Shown here: positions 38,785-46,944 of the stretch, in pieces
Position numbering within the stretch: the first letter of the stretch is position 1
Layout of the letters: each line of letters opens with the position of its first letter
From: Thermoproteota archaeon
GTDB taxonomy: Archaea > Thermoproteota > EX4484-205 > JAAOZP01
DNA length: 56,356 bases
Assembly (NCBI GenBank): GCA_038848185.1
Contig: JAWCNV010000013.1
Span: forward strand, 1-56,356
Direction: 5' to 3'
Made by a program: the position numbers and the translations under genes
The notes under the pieces: model-generated
The model's database searches: none
What the model saw: the letters and a program-made list of their open reading frames with translations, nothing else
What the model was told of the DNA's origin: nothing

Positions 38785-40248
38785 ATGTCGTCTAGGAGCG
38801 AAAGCGTTTCGAATTTGATGAAGAGGATTGCTGAAGAAGGAGTTAGGTTCATCGACTTACAGTTTACTGATGTTCCTGGCCGTTTGCAGCATGTTACAGT
38901 TCCGGTGGGAAGGTTTTCCGCTAAGTATTTTGTTGAAGGCGTTCCGAAGCTTGACGGTTCTTCAATAAGGGGTTTTGCCGAAATATTTGAATCAGACCTT
39001 GTTTTAAAACCGGATCCGTATACGTTTGCAGTCATACCTTGGGGGAGTGTTGAGAACAGGTGTGCAAGGTTTCTCTGCGATGTTTACGTGGGATATGGTG
39101 GTGGTCGGTTGTCCAAGGATCCCAGGTTTGTCGCGCAGAGGGCTGAGGAGTATGCTTTGGAGCACGGTTTCTCCTCATACTGGGGTCCTGAGGTGGAGTT
39201 CTTCGTCTTCAAGAAGGCTACGTGGGATGTTTTAAATCCTTATAGGGGGCAGTCCTACTTTATTGAATCGCCTGAGGCAGCTTGGTCTTCCGGCGACGGG
39301 TATCCGATCAGGTTTAAGGAGGGATATTTCCCAGCTCCTCCACATGATAGTCTGATGGAGTATCGTTCAACCGTTGTGAGGCTTATGGAGGATTACTTTG
39401 GAACAGCCTGTGAGGCGCATCACCATGAGGTTGCTACCGCTGGGCAAGGAGAGATAGACATGGTTAGAGATAGGCTGGTTAAGATGGCTGACAACGTTAT
39501 GACTTTGAAGTATGTTGTTAAGAACGTTGCTTTCCAGCAAGGTATGGTTGCAACGATGATGCCTAAGCCGATTTTCGGGGATAATGCGAGCGGGATGCAT
39601 GTTCACGTCAGCCTCTGGGGCGACCCGCCTTCAACCAAGGTTGAGGAGGAACAGCTTGTAAACATGTTTTACGATGCTGAGGATAAGTATGCTGAGCTGA
39701 GCCAGCTTGGAAGATACTTCGTTGGAGGCATGCTTGAGCACAGCAGGGCTCTTACGGCGATAACCAACCCTACGACGAACTCGTATAGGAGGCTTGTCCC
39801 AGGTTATGAGGCTCCTGTCTTCATAGCTTGGAGCAAGGCTAATAGGTCTGCAAACGTCAGGATACCGGTCTATGAGAAGGGTGCTGAAAACGCTGCTAGG
39901 AAGAGGGTAGAATTTAGAACTCCAGACCCATCATGCAACCCTTACCTATGCTTCGCTGCAATAATGAGTGCGGGGCTTGACGGGATAAGGAGGAAGATTG
40001 ATCCGGGTGATCCTGTAGACGAGAATATTTACCATCTTACTCCTGAAAGGAGAAAACAACTAGGGGTAAAGGAGCTGCCTGGAAGCCTTAAAGAGGCGGT
40101 TGAATGTCTTAAGAGCGATAAGGAGTTTCTGAAACCGATTTTCTCGGATGAGCTGATAGAAACGATAATCGAAAACGATTTACGTGACCATGTTCAAGTA
40201 TCTGCAAGAACCCACCCATATGAATTTTACCTTTACTTCGACATATAA
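38785..40248 (+). CDS. glnA: Type I glutamine synthetase (GSI-beta-like insertion)
   Basis: LDGSSIRGF, GPEVEFF, HHHEVA, MPKP..GDNASGMHVH, NSYRRLVPGYEAP, NRSA.VRIP, RVEFR.PDP; start reset to ATG 38785. Confidence 0.97.
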   Translation: MSSRSESVSNLMKRIAEEGVRFIDLQFTDVPGRLQHVTVPVGRFSAKYFVEGVPKLDGSSIRGFAEIFESDLVLKPDPYTFAVIPWGSVENRCARFLCDVYVGYGGGRLSKDPRFVAQRAEEYALEHGFSSYWGPEVEFFVFKKATWDVLNPYRGQSYFIESPEAAWSSGDGYPIRFKEGYFPAPPHDSLMEYRSTVVRLMEDYFGTACEAHHHEVATAGQGEIDMVRDRLVKMADNVMTLKYVVKNVAFQQGMVATMMPKPIFGDNASGMHVHVSLWGDPPSTKVEEEQLVNMFYDAEDKYAELSQLGRYFVGGMLEHSRALTAITNPTTNSYRRLVPGYEAPVFIAWSKANRSANVRIPVYEKGAENAARKRVEFRTPDPSCNPYLCFAAIMSAGLDGIRRKIDPGDPVDENIYHLTPERRKQLGVKELPGSLKEAVECLKSDKEFLKPIFSDELIETIIENDLRDHVQVSARTHPYEFYLYFDI

Positions 40249-40273
40249 ACTTGCGACTTATGCTTGAATACTA

Positions 40274-40828
40274 ATGACTGAACCAGTAAGGATTACTTGT
40301 GCACTTGACGAAGAAACCGCAAAGCTGTTAGATATAATGAAGGATGAGCTTAAACTTTCTAGAAGCGAACTTATTAGGAGGGCAATCAAGTTTCTTAACG
40401 AAAATAAGGGCTTTATGCAAAACGATATGAAACATAGGCTTGAAATCATGTTAGACATGCTTTTTAGTGAGGAACATGTTATTCTAGATATTGACCATTG
40501 GCTTCTTTTCCTTAAACTGATTGATTCTCTTCCTGATAAAGAAGTCTTCTGGAAAGAACATGAGGGAATTGCAAAATCTCATGCAGACCAGTTTTTAAAC
40601 AAAATGTACTCGGCTGAAAATGTTTTTAAGCGTCTAGAAGCATGTAACCTTCTGAAAGTGACTAAACTTTCTAATACAGATTTCACTCTTATCCTTCGAT
40701 CAGAAGCCTCTAAAGAGTTTATTAAAAGATTTATCCAAAGCCTATTGAGCCATATGGAATATAATGTGAGCATTCAAGAAGACCTGACGAAACTGCGTGT
40801 GAACATAATAAAGCTCAGCAAACTATGA
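40274..40828 (+). CDS. Ribbon-helix-helix (CopG-like) regulator with C-terminal domain
   Basis: VRITCALDEE...SRSELIRRAI RHH motif, followed by EEHVILDIDHW segment. Confidence 0.8.
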   Translation: MTEPVRITCALDEETAKLLDIMKDELKLSRSELIRRAIKFLNENKGFMQNDMKHRLEIMLDMLFSEEHVILDIDHWLLFLKLIDSLPDKEVFWKEHEGIAKSHADQFLNKMYSAENVFKRLEACNLLKVTKLSNTDFTLILRSEASKEFIKRFIQSLLSHMEYNVSIQEDLTKLRVNIIKLSKL

Positions 40829-40932
40829 TCAAGAGATATAATTCGCTTTTAATATTTTTTCACAATTTTTATTAAAGTATCTCAAATAGATTTAAAAATA
40901 TATTATATTGGGGGCTATCGGTGAAATGAAAG

Positions 40933-41712
40933 ATGCCGAAACTGAAAAAAACTAGGTCACAAGAATTAGAACAAACCGAATTAATAAGTAAAATAAAATG
41001 GATTGATCTCGGTATCGAAGGTCTGACTAACTTTATACCAGGTCTGCCTAGTGGTGACGCTATATTGGTGAGAGGAGAACCCGGTACTGGAAAGACAATC
41101 CTCTGTCTTCAATTCTTACATAAAGGCGCCGAGAAAGGCGAGAAATGCATATACATAACCACGGAAGAAACTCCAGAAACAATTTTGAGAACAGGTAACG
41201 AACTCTTCCCGGACTTCCAAGCTTTAGTAGAAGAAAAACAAATCGTTGTAGTGAACTTATCTATTAGTGCAAGCTATGCAAGCGAATACTCCCTAATTAG
41301 TAAAGAAGAGGCTGTAGAGATACTTATTAGGGGGCTTAATACCCAACCAAATGCAAGCAGGATTGTAGTGGACTCTCTCTCATCACTTGAGCGAAGACTA
41401 GCAGACCCTACTGAATTCAGAGAGATTTTCATGAAGCTCCTTTTAGAAGTTAAGAAAAGAGGAGCCACAACAATATTAACAGCTGAAGGCATACCAGCAA
41501 ATCCGGATATTACAGAATATCTTGTTGACCATTTAATATATCTTGATTATCATAAACATGATGTCGTTTGGACAAGAGTGTTCGTTTTAAGAAAATCTAG
41601 AAGTGTGCCGTTAAAGCCACAAATATTAAAATTGAACATAGAGAAAGGAGGCTTGTCTGTAGAAGAAATTCCGATTTCGTTAAAACCGGTGTGGTTCGCA
41701 AGTAAGCTGTAG
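40933..41712 (+). CDS. Single-domain KaiC/RAD55-family ATPase
   Basis: GIEGL...GLP.G, Walker A GEPGTGKT, YITTEE, Walker B IVVDS, EYLVD, KSR finger. Confidence 0.9.
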   Translation: MPKLKKTRSQELEQTELISKIKWIDLGIEGLTNFIPGLPSGDAILVRGEPGTGKTILCLQFLHKGAEKGEKCIYITTEETPETILRTGNELFPDFQALVEEKQIVVVNLSISASYASEYSLISKEEAVEILIRGLNTQPNASRIVVDSLSSLERRLADPTEFREIFMKLLLEVKKRGATTILTAEGIPANPDITEYLVDHLIYLDYHKHDVVWTRVFVLRKSRSVPLKPQILKLNIEKGGLSVEEIPISLKPVWFASKL

Positions 41713-41722
41713 GTGATGTAGA

Positions 41723-43045
41723 ATGTCGGAAAATCCTGAGGAAATTTTTGCAGCAATACAGCAGGTTTTCATCGTAGGATGGGCACCAGTTGCCATACTT
41801 ATTATGGCTACTGCGGGCTTTGCTCTCTTATATGCGGGAATGGTACGTAAGAAAAATGTCGCCCATACTGTAATAATGTTAAATGTTGGCTGGACTCTTG
41901 CATTCATAATGTATTACTTAATTGGATTTCCTATTTCATACTACACTGATTCGCCATTTTTATCATTCCCAAAGTACCTGCCTACAATAGCAAACCCATT
42001 GCCTGCAACATTATCTGACAGCGGAGCCTACGGAATACCGCCAAGCCCATCAGGATATGGAGATTTAGCTTTATGGTTTAAAATGGCAATGTTTACAATA
42101 ACCACTATAGCGATAGTACCGGGAGCCATAGCTGAGCGGGATAAGCTGTGGGGGTGGATAATTGCAGCGGGAGCCATAGCCACGTTTCTGTATCCTGTTG
42201 TTGAGCATTGGGTATGGGGAGGAGGATGGTTAGCTCAGATGGGTTTCATCGATTACGCAGGTTCAACGGTTGTACATCTAACAGGAGGCATGTTTGCATT
42301 GGCAGGGGCTCTTGTAATAGGTCCAAGAATAGGAAAGTTTGTCGGTAAAAGTAAAGAAGCAAGGTCCTTCTTTGGACATAGTTTACCATTATCTGTAATT
42401 GGCGCATGGCTACTTGTCTTCGGATGGTTTGGCTTTAACGTAGGATCGAGCATAGCGAATACGGCTCAAACAATAAATGTCGAGTTAGCATGGGTTGGAG
42501 TTACAACGGCTATGGCTATGGCTGGAGGTCTTTTTGGCGCAGCACTGACTTCGAGAGGACACGCATTAACATCGATGGCTGGTCTACTCGCAGGCGCTGT
42601 TGCTATATGTTCAGGCACAGTGGTAATGAATCCAATATTCGCATTCATAACAGGCACCATCGCCGGAATACTCACGACATTTGTTCAAGGGTTGCTCGAA
42701 CACAAATTACATGTAGATGATGCTTGTGTATGTGTTTCGGTGCATGCAGCCTGTGGATTTTGGGGAGCAATTGCAACAGGCCTATTCAGCCTTAATATTC
42801 TCGGTGCGCATCCTTTGTATGGTGTGAATACTTTAGGCGAATGGTTAAACACCATAAGTGTGCAGTTTATTGGCGCATCGGTGATAGCAGTATGGTCAGG
42901 ATTAACGGGATACTTACTCTTCTACCTTATAAATAGGGCGGGGTTACTACGTGCAAAAAGAGATGCAGAACTATTTGGCTTAGACATTGCAGACCATAAA
43001 GCATACGCCTATCCGGAAGACGAGTTAGAAAAAGAGTTCCCGTAG
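41723..43045 (+). CDS. amtB: Ammonium transporter
   Basis: GAIAER, HWVWGGGWL, DYAGSTVVH, GPRIGKF, GWFGFN, DD...VH, ELFGLD..DH..AY. Confidence 0.97.
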   Translation: MSENPEEIFAAIQQVFIVGWAPVAILIMATAGFALLYAGMVRKKNVAHTVIMLNVGWTLAFIMYYLIGFPISYYTDSPFLSFPKYLPTIANPLPATLSDSGAYGIPPSPSGYGDLALWFKMAMFTITTIAIVPGAIAERDKLWGWIIAAGAIATFLYPVVEHWVWGGGWLAQMGFIDYAGSTVVHLTGGMFALAGALVIGPRIGKFVGKSKEARSFFGHSLPLSVIGAWLLVFGWFGFNVGSSIANTAQTINVELAWVGVTTAMAMAGGLFGAALTSRGHALTSMAGLLAGAVAICSGTVVMNPIFAFITGTIAGILTTFVQGLLEHKLHVDDACVCVSVHAACGFWGAIATGLFSLNILGAHPLYGVNTLGEWLNTISVQFIGASVIAVWSGLTGYLLFYLINRAGLLRAKRDAELFGLDIADHKAYAYPEDELEKEFP

Positions 43046-43054
43046 GTGATAAGT

Positions 43055-43210
43055 ATGAACCAAACTCAAGAAATAGGCAATATAAATGAAGCATGTACAG
43101 AAAAAGAGGAACTTAAGGCGAAAATAGAGAGGCTTGAAAAAAGAGTGGAGAGGCTTGAAAAAGAACTTCAAATGATAAAATCAAGAATTGTAGGAAGAAA
43201 ATGGGTGTAA
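43055..43210 (+). CDS. Small coiled-coil protein (51 aa, not in the ORF track)
   Basis: MNQTQEIGNINEACTEKEELKAKIERLEKRVERLEKELQMIKSRIVGRKWV; GGTGA SD overlapping the amt stop; fills the amt-PII gap. Confidence 0.75.
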   Translation: MNQTQEIGNINEACTEKEELKAKIERLEKRVERLEKELQMIKSRIVGRKWV

Positions 43211-43228
43211 ACCTGGAGGAGAGAAGAA

Positions 43229-43567
43229 TTGAAGAAAATAGAGGCAATAATTAGGCCCGATAAGTTCTTTTACGTGAAGGAGGCACTTTCTAAAGCAGGA
43301 TATACGAGTCTAACTGTTTACGATGTTAAGGGTCGTGGAAGACAAAGTGGCATAATACAAACAATTAGTGGGAAAACGATCAGGGCTGATCTTCTGCCAA
43401 AGGTTAAGATTGAAATAATTGTTGGTGATGAAGAGGTTGAGAGAGTGGTCGAAATCATTTTAAATACTACAAAAACAGGAGCTATTGGTGATGGTAAAAT
43501 CTTTGTGTCTAGCATCGATGATGCAATCAGAATAAGAACAGGTGAAAGAGGAAATCAGGGCTTATAA
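43229..43567 (+). CDS. glnK: PII nitrogen regulatory protein
   Basis: MKKIEAIIRP, GRGRQ, LLPKVKIEI, TGAIGDGKIFV, RIRTGERG; 112 aa; GGAGG SD with TTG start. Confidence 0.96.
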   Translation: MKKIEAIIRPDKFFYVKEALSKAGYTSLTVYDVKGRGRQSGIIQTISGKTIRADLLPKVKIEIIVGDEEVERVVEIILNTTKTGAIGDGKIFVSSIDDAIRIRTGERGNQGL

Positions 43568-43571
43568 CTAC

Positions 43572-43580
43572 TTCTTTTTT
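43572..43580 (+). terminator. Oligo-T tract after glnK, possible archaeal intrinsic terminator
   Basis: TTCTTTTTT just after the glnK stop; a TTTATAAG box follows before nadE. Confidence 0.35.
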
Positions 43581-43644
43581 AGCGCGTGCTAATAGAATGG
43601 AACTAATCTTTATAAGATGTTTCAACTTCAATAAATGATTAAAC

Positions 43645-45327
43645 TTGTGCAAAATTAAGATTGCTATGGCTCAGGTAAATTGTACAGTTGGAGATATTGA
43701 AGGAAATATTGGGAAAATAAGAGAATATATGAAAATGGTCAAAGGATGTGGGGCAGACCTTGTAGCGTTTCCAGAGCTAACTGTAACCGGGTATCCTCCT
43801 CAAGACTTGCTGCTTGAAAAAGCCTTCGTAAAAAGCCAAAGGAAAATGCTGTTTAAAACTATTAGAGAAAACAGCGTTTCAATAGCTGGGGTGGTTGGGT
43901 TTGTCGATTATAAGAGGGGGAGCTTGTATAATGCTGCTGCTGTTTTCAATGGGAGTAGGATTGTTAAAATAGTTTACAAAACACTCTTACCAACATATGA
44001 TGTGTTTGATGAAGCAAGGTATTTCAAGCCAGCACTGGTGAACGAGATAAAACCAGTGTTAATAGACTTGAACACGGTTAAATTTAAACTCGGCGTTGAG
44101 ATATGTGAAGACCTATGGGATAAAAAGTATGATGTGAAAGTAACTGATTTACTGGCGAATCGGGGAGCGCAGTTGATAATTAATATTTCGGCCTCTCCAT
44201 TCTACGCTGGGAAAAGATTCGAGAGATTAAAATTGTTAAGGGAGAAGTCTAGAAAGAACAGGATTCCGATGTTTTACGTTAATCTGGTTGGAGGGCAGGA
44301 TGAACTGGTTTTCGACGGGCAGAGCATGGCGGTTGACAGTTCAGGTAATCCGATAGCTATTGGTAAACAATTTGAAGAAGATTTGATAATTGCTGACATC
44401 GATCTTAAAACCGGAAGAGGTAGGAAGATCAAGCCTCCGCCATACCATAAGGAACAGGAAATGTTTAACGCTATAGTCCTCGGAATACGTGACTATTTCA
44501 GGAAAACAGGCTTCAAAAAGGCGGTTGTAGGAATGAGCGGTGGAATAGACTCGTCTTTAACAACATGCATAGCAGTGGAGGCTTTGGGAAGAGAAAACGT
44601 TATTGGCGTCTACATGCCTTCCAAATATTCTAGCCAGCATAGTAAAGAAGATGCTCAAAAAGTGGCTGAAAACCTTGGAATATGCTTTGTGGAAATCCCT
44701 ATTCAAGAAATAGTTGAAGCCTATCGAAAGGTCTTGGAGAAACCCTTGGAAAAAATAAGGCGTCGCTTCGGCTTAACGAAGGAAAGGGACGATCCCGTTG
44801 CCGATGAAAACATACAGCCCAGGATAAGGGGGAACATTCTGATGGACATATCGAATAGGTTTAAAGACTTGAAAATACTCGTTGTGAATACTGGTAATAA
44901 GACTGAACTCGCACTCGGCTACTGTACTCTATACGGGGACATGGCTGGCGGAATTGGTACCCTTGGCGATGTGAGCAAGCTTGAGGTTTACAATTTAGCG
45001 AGATATTTCAATGAAAAAGCTGGAAGAGAGATTATTCCCAGAAGAGTTTTTGAGAAGAAGCCTTCGCCAGAATTGAAGGAAGGACAGTATGATCCTTTCG
45101 ACTTCGATATTGTCAGCCCATTGGTAGACAAAATAGTGGAAGAGCGTCGGGGCAAACAGGAGTTGATAAAGGCAGGTTATCCCGAGGAGGTTGTGGAAGA
45201 CATTTACAGAAGGATTAGAAACGCAGAATATAAGAGATGGCAAGCCTCTCCTTGCATAAAAATTACGCCTAAAGCATTTGGTATCGGATGGAAGATGCCA
45301 ATAGTTAACATGTGGAAAGGACGATAG
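43645..45327 (+). CDS. nadE: Glutamine-dependent NAD+ synthetase (nitrilase plus synthetase domains)
   Basis: FPEL..TGYPP.DL, K.LLPTYDVFDE.RYF, ICEDLW, SGGIDS, ENIQPRIRG, TGNKTE, GY.TLYGD, EYKR.Q. Confidence 0.96.
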   Translation: MCKIKIAMAQVNCTVGDIEGNIGKIREYMKMVKGCGADLVAFPELTVTGYPPQDLLLEKAFVKSQRKMLFKTIRENSVSIAGVVGFVDYKRGSLYNAAAVFNGSRIVKIVYKTLLPTYDVFDEARYFKPALVNEIKPVLIDLNTVKFKLGVEICEDLWDKKYDVKVTDLLANRGAQLIINISASPFYAGKRFERLKLLREKSRKNRIPMFYVNLVGGQDELVFDGQSMAVDSSGNPIAIGKQFEEDLIIADIDLKTGRGRKIKPPPYHKEQEMFNAIVLGIRDYFRKTGFKKAVVGMSGGIDSSLTTCIAVEALGRENVIGVYMPSKYSSQHSKEDAQKVAENLGICFVEIPIQEIVEAYRKVLEKPLEKIRRRFGLTKERDDPVADENIQPRIRGNILMDISNRFKDLKILVVNTGNKTELALGYCTLYGDMAGGIGTLGDVSKLEVYNLARYFNEKAGREIIPRRVFEKKPSPELKEGQYDPFDFDIVSPLVDKIVEERRGKQELIKAGYPEEVVEDIYRRIRNAEYKRWQASPCIKITPKAFGIGWKMPIVNMWKGR

Positions 45328-45396
45328 CATTATGACCTCTTCAAACATCCTTCATTATACGTCTGATTGAAAGATCTAAAAACCAGAACAACGTCT

Positions 45397-46944
45397 TCAT
45401 TCCCATTCTATTGTTGCCGGTGGCTTATGGGTTATGTCGTAAACAACCCTAGTGACCTCTGGTATTTCATTAGTTATTCTCGTTGAGATTCCTTCAAGTA
45501 TCTCATACGGGATTTTCGCGAAGTTCGCGGTCATGGCTTCACGGCTCTCAACAATCCTCACTGCGACAACATAACCGTAAGCCCGTGCATCGCCCTTAAC
45601 ACCCGTGCTCATCGTATTGGTCAGGACAGCGAAATATTGCCACAAGTGTTCTCCCAATCCACCCCTATCGATTTCCTCCCTTACTATTTTATCAGCCTTC
45701 CTGACGACCTCAACCTTCTCCTTAGTTACTTCACCCACAATCCTTACAGCAAGACCTGGGCCTGGGAAAGGTTGTCTGGAAACTAGTTCCTTGGGCAGAC
45801 CAAGGATTTCAGCAACCCTTCTAACTTCGTCCTTATACAAGTCCCGCAGTGGCTCAACTATCTTTCTAAACTTTATGCGTGTAGGAAGCCCGGCTACATT
45901 ATGATGGGTTTTTATCTTGTCCGAAAACCTTCTGAACCCGGATTCAATCCTGTCTGGATAGATAGTTCCCTGGATTAGGCATTCAGCCCCTGTCTTCTCA
46001 GCCATTTCCTCGAAAACCCTGATAAATTCCTCGCCGATGATCTTCCTCTTCATCTCCGGGTCGACGATGTTCTTAAGCCTTTTAAGAAAACGGTCTTGCG
46101 CATCCACCATTACGAGGTTTATCCCAAACGCTTGGAAAAACCTTCTAACGGTCTCAGACTCGTTCTCACGCATAAACCCATGGTCGACGAAGACTGCAGT
46201 AAGCCTTTCCCCTATAGCCTTTGCCGCTAAAACCGTGGCAACGCTGGAGTCAATGCCCCCGCTTAAAGCGATTATCGCCTTGCTCTCATTGATTTCAAAC
46301 CTTATTTCCTCAATCATCCGGTCTATAAAATTATCCATTTTCCAATTCGCTTCGCACCCGCATACTTCGAATAGGAAGTTGCAGAGCATTTGAACACCTT
46401 TTTCCGTATGGTTCACTTCAGGATGCCACTGTAAACCGTAAATCGGTTTTTCCCTGTGTCTGAAAGCAGCAACGGGAGAGTTTTCGGAATACGCTAGAAC
46501 CTCGTAATCATTAGGGATCTTAAAGACAGTGTCGCCATGGCTCATCCAGACTTTCTCCTTCCTGTCTAATCTCTTCAATATTCCAATAGGCTTGTCAATC
46601 GTGACGTATGTTACACCGTACTCTTTTATTTTAGCGTGCTCAACCTTCCCGCCGGCGATATGGGCTATGAGCTGGTGGCCATAGCAAATACCTAGGACTG
46701 GCAGACCCAGGTCTAATATCCTAGCATCAAGCCTCGGGGCATTTTCCTCAAAGATGCTGGAGGGCCCTCCAGATAGTATTATGCCTTTAATGTTAAGTTT
46801 CTTGTCTAAAAGCCTTATTTCCTCCACCTTAGTATCGTAAGGAACGATTTCCGAATAGACTCCTTGCTCCCTTACTCGCCTCCCTATGAGATGGCAATAC
46901 TGGCCTCCGAAATCTAAAACCAGCACAGTATCGTAGCGTGTCAT
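45397..46944 (-). CDS. guaA: GMP synthase (fused GATase plus ATPPase)
   Basis: LDFGGQY, GICYGHQ, QWHPEV, SGGIDS, QGTIYPD, IKTHHNV, PFPGPGL, KPPATIEWE. Confidence 0.97.
   Translation of the reverse strand: MTRYDTVLVLDFGGQYCHLIGRRVREQGVYSEIVPYDTKVEEIRLLDKKLNIKGIILSGGPSSIFEENAPRLDARILDLGLPVLGICYGHQLIAHIAGGKVEHAKIKEYGVTYVTIDKPIGILKRLDRKEKVWMSHGDTVFKIPNDYEVLAYSENSPVAAFRHREKPIYGLQWHPEVNHTEKGVQMLCNFLFEVCGCEANWKMDNFIDRMIEEIRFEINESKAIIALSGGIDSSVATVLAAKAIGERLTAVFVDHGFMRENESETVRRFFQAFGINLVMVDAQDRFLKRLKNIVDPEMKRKIIGEEFIRVFEEMAEKTGAECLIQGTIYPDRIESGFRRFSDKIKTHHNVAGLPTRIKFRKIVEPLRDLYKDEVRRVAEILGLPKELVSRQPFPGPGLAVRIVGEVTKEKVEVVRKADKIVREEIDRGGLGEHLWQYFAVLTNTMSTGVKGDARAYGYVVAVRIVESREAMTANFAKIPYEILEGISTRITNEIPEVTRVVYDITHKPPATIEWE

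Noticed and set aside
40933-41712. Circadian clock KaiC
   Set aside because: Single domain and no kaiA/kaiB; it belongs to the broad archaeal KaiC/RAD55-like group
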